Source: an uncultured Flavobacteriales bacterium (GTDB taxonomy: Bacteria > Bacteroidota > Bacteroidia > Flavobacteriales_D > Crocinitomicaceae). From it: 64,000 nt of DNA. The notes beneath the pieces are model-generated. The model saw only the letters and a list, made by a program, of their open reading frames with translations, was not told the DNA's origin and did no database searches. The translations under genes and the position numbers were made by a program. The DNA is taken from the NCBI GenBank assembly GCA_943788855.1, contig CALSRW010000001.1, forward strand, positions 713,529 through 777,528, in the 5' to 3' direction. Positions 1-10,702 of this stretch are shown piece by piece. The first letter of the stretch is position 1, and the number at the start of each line of letters is the position of its first letter.

Positions 1-163
1 GACTATGGAATGGGATATCGCTGCAGGTCAAGCCATTCTCGAAGCTCTTGGTGGGTCTGTCGTTCATGCAGAAACAGGATTACCGTTGTATTACAACAAA
101 GAAAACTTAACCAACCCTTATTTCATTGCCAAAACAAAACCGCTATTAGCATTGTCCTCATGA
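1..163 (+). CDS. cysQ: 3'(2'),5'-bisphosphate nucleotidase CysQ, C-terminal fragment (5' end outside window)
   Basis: The frame starting at nt 2 reads TMEWDIAAGQAILEALGGSVVHAETGLPLYYNKENLTNPYFIAKTKPLLALSS*. The WD-x-AAG motif and the tail are typical of CysQ/inositol-monophosphatase C-termini. The TGA stop at 161-163 overlaps the next ATG (ATGA). Confidence 0.6.
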   Translation, partial: TMEWDIAAGQAILEALGGSVVHAETGLPLYYNKENLTNPYFIAKTKPLLALSS

Positions 164-1644
164 AAAAGTTTGTAATCCTGTTTGTTTTGATGTCTGCCTT
201 TTCTGTGCATTCTCAGGTCGAAACACTGGCGGGACATTCTTTTTTTAAAGATAAAGAACAACATCCGGGTTTCTCTCTGAATGTTCCAACTGTTTGTGAT
301 GTGGGCTTTGAAAAAGACACCATAAAAAAGTCTTTTAAAAAAAAGCTAAAGTCTCATTTCATGGACAATTACCTTTTTGAGGTACATGATAAAAATGTGA
401 ACCTTTACATCTCACCCGTGGTGAATCTTCAGCTGGGGCAAAACATACTCGAAAAAGAAGAGGATTATTTATTCCAAAACACCCGTGGGTTTTATGTTAA
501 AGGCGCGTTTTTAAAGAACTTTTCCTTCTCCAGTGCTTTTGTCGAAAACCAGGCTCGTTTTAGCGTATATGAATCATCTTATATTTCCAATCATGGAGAA
601 TTCTACTCAAGTCTTCAACAAAATGGAGTTGTCCCTGGGGGAGGACGCACAAAACCATTTAAGGACGGGGGGTATGATTACGCTTATGCCATTGGGTCTT
701 TTTTATATAAACCGATAGAAAACTTAGAAATTAGAGCTGGAAATGCCCCTGATTTTATTGGTTCCGGGTATCGTTCTTTGATCCTTTCAGACCACAGCTA
801 CCAGGCTCCAAGCTTAGATGTAAAATATACCTTTCTTAAAAAATGGAACTATCGTGTTCGAAGAACGCGTCTTTTTAATTTGATCCGTAAACCGACCTTT
901 TCCACAGTAGAAGCATACTACCAGCCAAAGGCAGCGGCGATGCATTCTCTTTCTTACGATGTAAGTCCGGAAATATCCATTGGCCTCTTTGAACATTCCA
1001 TTTGGTCCAAAGGAGATACTGTCACCACAAAGCCCCATGGCTTATATTACGCGCCTCTTCCTTTTTTAGGTTTGTCTCAAAAGGATAATTTCAACCTTTA
1101 TGGTTTGAATGCAAGCGAGATCATTGGAGGAAAAGTGCGGTTTTACCAGCAATTTGTGTTCTCTGCATTTCAAATAAAAGCCATGGGGATGCAGCTAGGT
1201 GTAAGACTCTACAACCTGATTCCAAACTCCTTACTTCAATTCGAATACAACAAGGTAGGAGCTGAATTGTATGCGTCCGAAAACCCGACCATGAGCCATA
1301 CCCACTACAATTTACCCTTGGCGCATCCCAAAGGTCAGGGTTTTGACGAGCTGGTAATTCGTGCAAATGTTTCAATTAAGAGGTTTTATGGAGAAAGCAA
1401 AACCATCTGCTACTGGCTGAAAAATTATAAAGAACAAAGCTTACTGCCCATGGATGTAAATGCCAATAGTCTTGATGATTTTATTTTGCATCAGCAGGTC
1501 GAAATTGGGTACAGAATCAATCCAAAAATTAACTTCTGCTTTTTCGCTAGAGGGGTGTATCGAAAATCAAATATAGACGAAAATCAAATGCTCATCCACT
1601 TTGGACTGAGTACAAACCTGTTTAATAGCTACAATGATTATTAA
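160..1644 (+). CDS. Putative outer-membrane beta-barrel protein, Wzi/RemB-like (family name from memory)
   Basis: Signal peptide MKKFVILFVLMSAFSVHSQ. Motifs FIGSGYRSLILSD and LAHPKGQGFDEL and an aromatic C-terminus (NSYNDY) are shared with the downstream paralogue. I chose the ATG at 160 because the track start at 10 runs through the cysQ tail. Confidence 0.55.
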   Translation: MKKFVILFVLMSAFSVHSQVETLAGHSFFKDKEQHPGFSLNVPTVCDVGFEKDTIKKSFKKKLKSHFMDNYLFEVHDKNVNLYISPVVNLQLGQNILEKEEDYLFQNTRGFYVKGAFLKNFSFSSAFVENQARFSVYESSYISNHGEFYSSLQQNGVVPGGGRTKPFKDGGYDYAYAIGSFLYKPIENLEIRAGNAPDFIGSGYRSLILSDHSYQAPSLDVKYTFLKKWNYRVRRTRLFNLIRKPTFSTVEAYYQPKAAAMHSLSYDVSPEISIGLFEHSIWSKGDTVTTKPHGLYYAPLPFLGLSQKDNFNLYGLNASEIIGGKVRFYQQFVFSAFQIKAMGMQLGVRLYNLIPNSLLQFEYNKVGAELYASENPTMSHTHYNLPLAHPKGQGFDELVIRANVSIKRFYGESKTICYWLKNYKEQSLLPMDVNANSLDDFILHQQVEIGYRINPKINFCFFARGVYRKSNIDENQMLIHFGLSTNLFNSYNDY

Positions 1645-3185
1645 TAGAAACTCTCTTGTATTCTTGTTTGTTTGCTTAGCCTTAAGCGTTTTGGGTCAAA
1701 CAGATGTGGGGTATTTAAATGGGGTCTATATTTATGGGCCAACTTCAGGAAAATGTGGCGTTTATAATTCCTCGACTGACTCTTCTCGTATAGAAAAGGC
1801 CGCCCATTCCTCTAAAAAGGAAGTTAAGCCATTTACTGACCCCGCATATAAAAGGCATTATGACATTAGACCTTCAATTCGACTGAACAATATTAAACTT
1901 GGTTTTGCGCTATCTAAACATCCAAATAAAACAATTAACCTCATCCCATTAGTAGATTTGGGCGTTCAATACAACACAGGCTTAAATCGCTTGAATCATC
2001 GAAATGGAATGGGCTTTTTACTTGAGGCTCGACCCATTAAAAAAGGTTATGTTCGAATTGGTGGACTCGTGAATCTGTCTAATACGGAAAGCCTTAATCC
2101 TGGAAACATCAACCTGACCGATAATAGTGCATCGCAAAAGCTTTGGATTATGCCAATGACTCGATTGGCTTATACACCTAATGAGGTGTTCTCTTTTCAG
2201 GCCGGTTATGACAGGAATTTTATCGGGTCTGGGAGGCGATCCCTCTTTTTAAGTGATTATGGAAAGCCCATGCCTTTTGGGCAAATTAGAGCAAAATTTT
2301 GGCATATGGAATACAGTGTCAACTATCAGTTTTTATCCGAAAACTTCAATGGACAGAGACAATCGAAATACATTACAAATCATCACTTAAGTTGGAACAT
2401 TCTACCCTGGTTGAATTTTGGGGTTTTTGAAGCCGTTGTTTTTCAACCTAAAGACACCTTGCTCAATCGAGGGTATGATGTGGAATACCTGAATCCTTTT
2501 GTTTTGTTTCGCCCTCAGGAATACTCCATGGGCTCGTCAGATAATGTCATTATAGGTGCATCACTCAATGCAACAGTTAAAAAAATGATTGTATACTCGC
2601 AAGTTATACTTGATGAATTTTTGCTTTCAGAAATTCGAGCAAGAAGTGGCTGGTGGGCCAATAAATTCGGTGTTCAGTTTGGAGTAAAAGGTCAAATGAC
2701 AGACAATCTTTCGTATCGTATTGAGGGAAATCTGGTGCGGCCCTACACCTATTCCCATTTGACTCCAATGCAGGTATACGGTCATAGAGACTCTCCTCTA
2801 GCCCATCCCTATGGAAGTAATTTTGCTGAACTTCTTACAGAATTCAATTGGTCAAAACGTATCAACCCCAAATTAAAACTTCGGTTTCTTTGCTTCGTTC
2901 GGTGTTCGAGGAACGGATTTGGATAGCTTGAATTACGGTTCTGACATTTATGAAAGCTACATCAATCGACCCAGTGATTTTGGAAATTATATAGGTCAAG
3001 GCATAAAACAAACTTTTTTTATCACAAACACAAGAGCCTCTTATCCACTACTAAATGAAGGAAGAATTCATGCTTTTGCAGAGCTTCAAACACAGTACAT
3101 CACAATGGATGGGTTTAAAAAACTAAGCCTATTACCCATGGTCGGTATTCGGTCCTATTTGTGGAATGATTATAGAAACTATTGA
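1634..3185 (+). pseudogene. Wzi/RemB-like beta-barrel paralogue, interrupted by a 1-nt frameshift (or assembly indel)
   Basis: Track ORFs 1634-2926 and 2919-3185 are two halves of one gene. Skipping one A of the AAAA run at 2875-2878 gives RINPKL-NFGFFASFGVRGTD, which matches the paralogue's RINPKINFCFFARGVYRKSN. Both proteins have FIGSG-RS-L-LSD and LAHP-G motifs and a ...NDY-type tail. Confidence 0.75.
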
Positions 3186-3186
3186 G

Positions 3187-3402
3187 ATGAGCGGTGAGCA
3201 AAAAAACAATCCCCTACACGGCGTAAAACTTGCAGACATTCTGGAAGCTTTGGTCACAGAATATGGCTGGGAGGAGCTCGGCTACCGCATAGACATTAGG
3301 TGCTTCAATTATGACCCTTCTATAAAGTCAAGCTTAAAGTTTTTAAGACGCACGCCTTGGGCCCGAGAAAAAGTAGAACGCTTATATTTAAAAACATTTT
3401 AG
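3187..3402 (+). CDS. VF530/DUF2132 family small protein
   Basis: The sequence [67 protein letters not shown] matches the conserved DUF2132 pattern as I remember it. The ATG lies 1 nt after the upstream stop. Confidence 0.65.
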   Translation: MSGEQKNNPLHGVKLADILEALVTEYGWEELGYRIDIRCFNYDPSIKSSLKFLRRTPWAREKVERLYLKTF

Positions 3403-3522
3403 CATCGTGTAAAAAGAAGTTGAATAAAGAAAGCCCTACCACACACAAGCAAAACTTCAATTGAAAAAGGTTCTTGTTTTTAATACAAAAATGGTTTTTT
3501 GTATCTTCGGAAAAACCGAAAT

Positions 3523-5875
3523 ATGAAATCACTGTTTATATTATTCATTTCTTTTTTGTTTGTAGCTATTTCCCTAATGGGACAAAATATTAATGTTGGC
3601 CCATACCTGCAAGACGCCGAACCTTCTTCGATAACAATAATGTGGGAAACCTCATCGGGTAATGAAAGCACTGTAGAGTGGGGAACAAGCAATGCCTTAG
3701 GAAACTCCTCTTCTGGAATTTTTATTGCTGGAAATGGCCTTTCTCGAATTCATACAACAGTACTTTCTGGTCTTGAGTCCAACACAAAATACTACTACAA
3801 AGTGATTACAAATAATGCTCAAAGCAATGTTTTTGACTTTGTAACTCCCCCTTTACCAAACAGTGAGGCGCCGGTCAACCTTGTCTCTATGAGTGATATG
3901 CAGCAAGATTGGCAACACACAAACGTATTTGAGGACATCATTAATGATGAGCTGATACCATTTGTAAATAACCGTTTTGGAAACGACTTATCAACTGACC
4001 TTGCTTATGTATTTATCCCTGGCGATCTCGTGGCTACTGGAAGTAATTACTCTTCTTGGAAGAGCACCTTTTTTGACCCTGCCCAAGCCTTGTTTCAGCA
4101 TGTCCCTGTTTATCCTGTTGCAGGAAACCACGAACAAAATTCCGAAAACTATTTTAAGTATTTCAACCTTCCAGCAAACGGCACAAATCTAAATGACTTT
4201 CTCGAACATTGGTATTATAAAGATTATTCCAATGTTAGATTAATTGGTCTTGAATCAAACAGTGGGTATCGGATACAAGAACAGCTTGACTGGTTGCAAG
4301 GGGTCCTTGATGATGCCTGTAGTAACGAACACATTGACTTTGTTTTTGCGCAACTTCACCATCCGCATCACTCCGAATTATGGATTGCAGGGAATACAGA
4401 TTATACGGGAGATGTAATTTCTTTATTGGAGGGGTTTTCCTCAAATTGTGGAAAACCCAGCATTCACTTTTTTGGACACACTCATGGTTATTCGAGGGGG
4501 CAAAGTCGCGATCATGAGCATTTAATGGTAAACGTGGCTACAGCGGGTGGCGCAATTGATAATTGGGGAGAATATGCCCAGCAAGATTATAAAGAATTTT
4601 CAAGAAGTGATGATGATTATGGTTTTGTATTGCTTGAGGTTGAAGCCGGAAATGATCCACAATTTTTATTGACTAGGGTAAGTCATGGAAGCTACGAAGA
4701 TGGTCTTGTTAACAATGAAATTAAGGACACGATTCGGGTTAGAGCCAATAACATAATCCCCGATAGGCCCTCGGGTCTTTTTCCTTATGAGGGGGCTGAG
4801 TTGAGTCCAGACTGTATTGTCTTTTCAGGGTCAAATTTTTCAGATGATGACAATCAATATCAAGGAGCTGTTCATTGGCAAGTTTCAACAGATATTGGAT
4901 TTTCCTCTTTAATTTATGATGATTGGTTCCAACACGAAAACTGGTATTATGACGAAGACCTTGAGGCAGGGAATCAGTATGACGGAAAGAGAGATAAGCT
5001 CTCTACAAGAAACCACCAGTTACTTTTGGAGGGTCAGATACCGCGATCGGAGTTTGGGCTGGAGTGATTGGTCTGATCCCATTGGTTTTTCAACATCATT
5101 AAGCATCTACTCCGCCAATCTGATTCTGAATCCCGGTGCTGAAGGTGGCACCAGCTCGTGGACGACAGTTTCAGGGTCCTTTGAATCTATATTAAGCGGG
5201 GAGTGTGCCGGAAACAATTCGCATTCGGGTGCTCGGCTATTTGCTGTTGGGGGTGTTTGTGATCCAAATGCATATGGAGAAGGGTATCAAGATATCGACC
5301 TTCTATCCTACTCTTCAATGATTGATAATGACTCGGCAATTGTGTTTTTTGGTGGATATTTAAGTGATTATTCTGGTGATGACATTCCTGCTTTTTACCT
5401 CGAATTTTACAATGCGGGAAACAGCTTACTTGGATCAACAATGAGCTATGAAAGCTCTAGCCCCGATTGGGAATACCTTTTCGATAACATCGCAGTTCCT
5501 GCTACCACAAGGAAAATACGCATGGTTTTGACTGGCACAAGAAATGTTGGAACAGATAATGACAGTTATTTCGATGACTTGTTCCTCCGAATTAAACCTA
5601 TTGGTGATGACTGCGAGCAGCTCTCTCTTGACCTTGAAGAAGATATTCTTCCTATTAAAATATACCCGAACCCCACAGGAAATGTTTTCTTTTTAGAAAG
5701 CAGTTCTGAAATACTTAACACTCCTTTTTACCTCTATGACCAAGAAGGGCGCGTTTTGTTTGAGGGAATCATAGATGCATTGAAAAAGGAAATAAATCTT
5801 TCGGATTATGCAAATGGGGTATACTACATTAAAGTAGGAGACTTAAAAGAATGTAAAGTCGTTAAATCGTTTTAG
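3523..5875 (+). pseudogene. Secreted calcineurin-like metallophosphoesterase (purple-acid-phosphatase-like N-domain) with T9SS type-A C-terminal domain; frameshifted
   Basis: Signal peptide MKSLFILFISFLFVAISLMGQN. Motifs GDLVATG, GNHE and GHTHGYSRG are present. The C-terminus IKIYPNPTGNVFFLESS...GVYYIKV is a por-secretion tail. Track ORFs 3499-5067 and 4916-5875 overlap, and the frame switches near 4970-4990: frame 1 reads ...DLEAGNQ and frame 2 reads ..TEREISSLQETTSYFWRVRYRDRSLGWSDWS. Confidence 0.75.
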
Positions 5876-6596
5876 ACGAATCCGTAAGGAGTAGATTTAG
5901 GTCCGACAGTTCTTTTGTTGTTAGATGCCTCCATTTGCCTCTATTGGTGTCAAGAGAAATATTCATTATTCGTGTTCTTTTGAGTCGTATTACTTCGTAC
6001 CCCAAGTACTCACACATTCTTCTGATTTGACGGTTCAGCCCTTGTGTCAAAGTGATTTTAAACGTGTTTTTTGATATTTGTTTTACTTCGCATTTTCTGG
6101 TTACGGTTTCAAGAATTGGAACACCATTCCCCATACGTTTTAAAAAATCCGCAGTTACCGGTTTATTCACTGAAACAATGTATTCTTTTTCGTGATTATT
6201 CCGAGCTCTTAAAATTTTATTGACAATGTCACCGTCATTGGTCAAGAGAATCAAACCTTCGCTGGGTTTATCGAGTCGACCTATTGGGAAGATTCTTGAA
6301 GGGAAATTAATATAGTCAATAATGTTGTCTTTTTCTACCCGTGTGTCCGTTGTGCAAACAATACCAACCGGTTTATTAAATGCAATATAAATGTTTTCTG
6401 TCTGCTTATTTTTCACCTCTTTTCCATCAACAGTAACAACATCGTTGGCTTGCACTTTTGTTCCCATTTCAGGAACCTTTCCATTGATTTTAACGACACC
6501 AATATCAATAAGCTTATCTGCTTCTCTCCTTGAGCAGAATCCCGCCTCGCTTAAAAATTTATTGATCCTAACTGCTTTTGATTCTGACATATTCAT
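5862..6596 (-). CDS. rluF: 23S rRNA pseudouridine synthase, RsuA/RluF family
   Basis: N-terminal S4 domain (RINKFLSEAGFCSRREADKLI) followed by the catalytic motif GRLDKPSEGLILLTNDGD. Confidence 0.8.
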   Translation of the reverse strand: MNMSESKAVRINKFLSEAGFCSRREADKLIDIGVVKINGKVPEMGTKVQANDVVTVDGKEVKNKQTENIYIAFNKPVGIVCTTDTRVEKDNIIDYINFPSRIFPIGRLDKPSEGLILLTNDGDIVNKILRARNNHEKEYIVSVNKPVTADFLKRMGNGVPILETVTRKCEVKQISKNTFKITLTQGLNRQIRRMCEYLGYEVIRLKRTRIMNISLDTNRGKWRHLTTKELSDLNLLLTDSSKTI

Positions 6597-6665
6597 ATTA
6601 AAACATTAGGCTTATCCAATTGCTTTCTTTTAAAAAAGATAAAATTAAGGTATTTTGCTTTCTAA

Positions 6666-6998
6666 ATGAACAAAGACCAAAAACAAGAGATTAAAAAGCG
6701 AATCTTTGAGGAGCTAAAAAAAACGGAGGAAGCAATTCTCGATTATAAGGAGTCAACAAAGCCTATTTCTCCAGAAAACGCTATTGGTCGTGTTTCTCGA
6801 ATGGATGCTATAAATAATAAAAGTGTTGTTGAAGCGGCCCTTCGAAAGGCCGAAGAAAAATTAAATAAGCTAAAGCTGGTACTAAATAAAGTAGACGATA
6901 CTGATTTTGGAATCTGTATTCGTTGTGGAGAACCCATACCCATTGGACGGGTTTTATTGATGCCACAAAGCAGAAATTGTGTACGCTGTGCTCAATAA
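6666..6998 (+). CDS. DksA/TraR family C4-type zinc-finger protein
   Basis: C-terminal CIRCGEPIPIGRVLLMPQSRNCVRC (C-x2-C...C-x2-C) preceded by a coiled-coil. Confidence 0.7.
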   Translation: MNKDQKQEIKKRIFEELKKTEEAILDYKESTKPISPENAIGRVSRMDAINNKSVVEAALRKAEEKLNKLKLVLNKVDDTDFGICIRCGEPIPIGRVLLMPQSRNCVRCAQ

Positions 6999-7021
6999 AA
7001 AACCGCTACAATTCGTTCTGT

Positions 7022-9118
7022 CTATGACACCCATATCAACTGATCAAGAGCAACTTTAATGCGCGTGTTTCCTATGACTAAAGTGGTTTGCTTTCCTTTA
7101 ATTTCATCAACAGATGCCAGCTGTTTTGTGGAGATTATTTTCACCTTTGAACCGACAATGATCTTCTCTTGTTGATAAGAAATCACTTGCTTTTTACTTA
7201 ACTTTCTTTTGGGTTTATTGGCTTTTTTCTTGGCTTCCGTTTTGGTTTTCTGCTCTTTTAGATAGTTAATTATCTTTTGAGATATTTCCTCGTTGATTTT
7301 TTTGCCCTGTGCAGTTTTATACTGCGAAATGAATTCTAACATCTTTTTACCCGCTAAAAGCTGGCTGTCATGAACCTGGCTTGATTGGTTCAATTTATCA
7401 TACTTAGTCTGAAGTTTCTCTTTATAACTTTCTATTTGATCTGCCTTTTCTTTGTATTCATCGGCCTCTTTTTTATACTCCTTAATCTGTTTTTCTAGAA
7501 GATTTGTTTTCCCCTGAAGGTCACTTAAAAGTTCGTTAAAACGAAGTTTTTCTTTATTTAGTTTTTTCTTCGCTTTTTCAATTAGCGATTCTGAAACACC
7601 ATTTATTTTTGCCACCTCAAAAGTAAAAGAGCTTCCTGGCGAACCCATTTCAAATCTAAATAGAGGTTGTAGGTTTATGGGATTAAAAAGCATACAACCA
7701 TTTACGGCTTGGGGAAGTTGAACGGCTCTGGATTTAATGTTGCTATAATGGGTCGTTAGTATAGCAAAGATTTTCTTTCGGTAAAGTGATTCAAAAAAAG
7801 CTTCTGCCAAAGCTCCCCCAAGATCTGGGTCGGAACCGGTACCAAACTCATCTAATAAAAGAAGTGTTTCGGGATTTGAAAACGCTAAAAACTTTTTCAT
7901 TCTAGTCAAGCGATATGAGTAGGTGCTCAATTCGTTTTCTATCGACTGATTGTCTCCTATTTCTGAATATATTTGACTAAACAGGCAAAATGTATTGTTC
8001 TCTTTTGCAGGAATAAACATTCCCGATTGAACCATCAACTGAAATAAACCCAAAGTTTTTAAAGTTATGCTCTTCCCGCCGGCATTGGGGCCAGAAATTA
8101 CCAGCATTCTTCGAGACTCATCCATTTGTATATTCTGTCCAAACGTTGGCTTATTTTCTCCTTGGTTTTTTCTCTTCAACAAAGGGTGAACGGCATCCAA
8201 AACATCTATCCTTTTTTGTTTGGAGACGTGAGGTTTCACGGCCTTCATGTCCCTAGCCAGCTTATATTTAGCTGATATAAAATCCAATTCGTGAAGGCTC
8301 TTGTTATAGGCGTCTATAAGCCAAGAATATGATGCCAATATGCGTGTTAATTCACGAAGAATCCGATGTATTTCTTTTTCTTCGTCAATGTGAAGATGAT
8401 CAAGCTCTGTGTTAAGTTCAATGTTTACTCTTGGCTCGATATGGGCGACATTTCCTGTTTTACTGCTTCCTAAAACATGACCTGAAAACTGCTTTTTATA
8501 AGACGATTTAACTGAAAGTACGCGGCGGTTATTGATCACTGTTTCTTTTGTTTCGGCAAGCAAATTGGTTTTGGATAATTTCCGAAGCTCTTTATCGAAG
8601 TTTTTTTGTATTTGTCTATGGGTATTGCGTATAGATACCCGAATGTCCTTGAGTTGAGGGGAGGCTGTGTCTTTAATTTTACCCGATGCATCAATGACTC
8701 TTTCAATCGGCTCAATGATTTCCATGGTATAATGGGTGTCCTTAAAGACGTATAGCATTTCATTGTAATCCCCTATCGCTTTTTCAAAAAAACCAAGAAT
8801 GGTATTATTTAAATAAGAGGCTTGATGAATTTTTAAGATTCCGGCCAAAGGAATAACCGCGTTTTTAATCTTTAAAAATCGAATCTCTTCTTCAAGGTCT
8901 TCAAAGTCCAAGGCGGGAAACCCTCGTTCAGTTTCTCGTATATCCCTAAACTCTTGAAGCTCCTGAATGCTTCTTTGTAAATCATTATAGCTACTGATGG
9001 GTACTAGTTCAATAACACGTTTTTGGGTTTTTTCTGAAAGAGCATACTTCGCGCACCAATCCAAAATCTTGTCAAATTCTAAATCCAAAATTGTCTGTCG
9101 ATCTGTAACTGCTTTCAT
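7022..9118 (-). CDS. mutS2: MutS2-family ATPase (endonuclease MutS2-like, no recognisable Smr domain)
   Basis: Walker A ISGPNAGGKSITLKTLGL, then LLLDEFGTGSDP. The N-terminus LDLEFDKILDWCAKYA is typical of MutS2. A long K/E coiled-coil follows, then a short KOW-like tail. Confidence 0.8.
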   Translation of the reverse strand: MKAVTDRQTILDLEFDKILDWCAKYALSEKTQKRVIELVPISSYNDLQRSIQELQEFRDIRETERGFPALDFEDLEEEIRFLKIKNAVIPLAGILKIHQASYLNNTILGFFEKAIGDYNEMLYVFKDTHYTMEIIEPIERVIDASGKIKDTASPQLKDIRVSIRNTHRQIQKNFDKELRKLSKTNLLAETKETVINNRRVLSVKSSYKKQFSGHVLGSSKTGNVAHIEPRVNIELNTELDHLHIDEEKEIHRILRELTRILASYSWLIDAYNKSLHELDFISAKYKLARDMKAVKPHVSKQKRIDVLDAVHPLLKRKNQGENKPTFGQNIQMDESRRMLVISGPNAGGKSITLKTLGLFQLMVQSGMFIPAKENNTFCLFSQIYSEIGDNQSIENELSTYSYRLTRMKKFLAFSNPETLLLLDEFGTGSDPDLGGALAEAFFESLYRKKIFAILTTHYSNIKSRAVQLPQAVNGCMLFNPINLQPLFRFEMGSPGSSFTFEVAKINGVSESLIEKAKKKLNKEKLRFNELLSDLQGKTNLLEKQIKEYKKEADEYKEKADQIESYKEKLQTKYDKLNQSSQVHDSQLLAGKKMLEFISQYKTAQGKKINEEISQKIINYLKEQKTKTEAKKKANKPKRKLSKKQVISYQQEKIIVGSKVKIISTKQLASVDEIKGKQTTLVIGNTRIKVALDQLIWVS

Positions 9119-9412
9119 GGTTCTATTTTATTACAATGCCTTAATAAAACACGTTATAAAAAACATTGTTTTGACGGTTCCGAAATTGTTGCTTTTTCTT
9201 CTTCTTTAATACAATTTTGTCATTATACAATGAATCACACAAGATAGCTTAAATCAAGCATTTAATGAACACAAATTATAAGTAGCTTAAAGACTTTATT
9301 GTTAATAGGACCTTGAAGCCTGATTATGATATGTTGGCATAGATGTTGTGACCGAACGGTGAATCTATATACCAATTCAAACCCAGGTTGGGTCTTGTAT
9401 AAGACTAAAAAA

Positions 9413-10702
9413 ATGAAAAGAACTCTTTGCTTTTTGCTATTAATTCCCTTTTTCAATGTTTCAGCACAAAATGAAGCCAGCACCTGTTTTTTTGGCACCG
9501 TTGGTATTGACTTTAGGGCTGTTACTCCTCAAGTTATTTACCCTATTAACATGGAGTCACTTGAAAGCTCATCTTCGATTTGTGACTCTTCTGGTGAAAT
9601 TTTATTTTATACAAATGGAGGGGACTCTCCTTCCGTATCTGATATTACCGGAGCTATTTGGAATGCAAGTCACGAAATAATGGAGAACGGTTTATTAGGA
9701 GACTCAAGTGGCTGCGTTAGCTCAAAACAAGGAAGCATTATTGTTCCTTTCCCATCTAACGAATTTAATACAAACTCAAACTTATATTACCTCTTCACAA
9801 AAGATTGTATTGAGTCCTCAATTTTAGCCAATAATTCATTCAATTCAGGACTCACATATGCCGTTATCGACATGAATGAAAATGGAGGCTTCGGCAAGGT
9901 CATGCAAAAAAACATGCCGCTGATCCCAAGTAACATAAATGGAGATTTAAATACTGGTCATGAACCGGTGACCGCAATTCTTCATGGAAATAATACAGAT
10001 TACTGGTTGTTTTCTTATACGAATGATTCTCTCTGTAGAATGAAAATAACCCCCTCCGGAATAAGTGATTTGACGATGCTTATACCGGGCAGTGGGGGCA
10101 TTTCAATTTCCCCAAAAAGGGATTATTTATGCGCCGGGAAGGATGTCTATCAATTTGACTCGAGTACAGGAAGCATAACATTTTATAACACTTTGAATAC
10201 CCCTTCAAGTGAACTTGTTTTTTCTCCTGACGGAAGTAAAATTTATGATGTAGAACATGATTTTTTTGATGATTATTCTAGTGTATACCAATATGATTTA
10301 TCTCAAACCAATTTATTAAATTCAAAGACTCTCATTTCAAACCTAAGCGGTCAATATAGGCTTTGGCTTGCACCAAATCACAAGATTTACTTATTCCAGT
10401 TCTTTAGCGAATGTTTCGATGGGGAAATATCATGTCCAAATCAAACCGGTACTTCTTGTGGTTATTCAACACAACAAACTTGCTTAGGAGGTGGCAATAC
10501 GGGAATATATTGCACCAACATTATGGCCCATTTGCTTTATGATTCAGAAGGGTGTTTTGTCGGTATTGAAGAATTAAACGAAAACAAAGAACTTATTAAA
10601 ATTATTGATGTTACCGGACGAGAAACCAATGCTCAAACCAACACCCTTTTGTATTATATTTATAAAGATGGAACGGTTAAAAAAGTCTTCCTGTTAGAAT
10701 GA
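9413..10702 (+). CDS. Hypothetical secreted protein with probable T9SS C-terminal sorting tail
   Basis: Signal peptide MKRTLCFLLLIPFFNVSAQ at an internal ATG of track ORF 9326-10702. The C-terminus KELIKIIDVTGRETNAQTNTLLYYIYKDGTVKKVFLLE resembles LGRE-type por-secretion tails. Confidence 0.5.
   Translation: MKRTLCFLLLIPFFNVSAQNEASTCFFGTVGIDFRAVTPQVIYPINMESLESSSSICDSSGEILFYTNGGDSPSVSDITGAIWNASHEIMENGLLGDSSGCVSSKQGSIIVPFPSNEFNTNSNLYYLFTKDCIESSILANNSFNSGLTYAVIDMNENGGFGKVMQKNMPLIPSNINGDLNTGHEPVTAILHGNNTDYWLFSYTNDSLCRMKITPSGISDLTMLIPGSGGISISPKRDYLCAGKDVYQFDSSTGSITFYNTLNTPSSELVFSPDGSKIYDVEHDFFDDYSSVYQYDLSQTNLLNSKTLISNLSGQYRLWLAPNHKIYLFQFFSECFDGEISCPNQTGTSCGYSTQQTCLGGGNTGIYCTNIMAHLLYDSEGCFVGIEELNENKELIKIIDVTGRETNAQTNTLLYYIYKDGTVKKVFLLE

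Noticed and set aside
3041-3049. The DnaA-box-like 9-mer TTATCCACT inside the barrel pseudogene, and other TTATCC-starting 9-mers at 20769 and 47390.
   Set aside because: These are isolated, sit inside coding sequence, and have one or more mismatches. They are expected by chance in AT-rich DNA.
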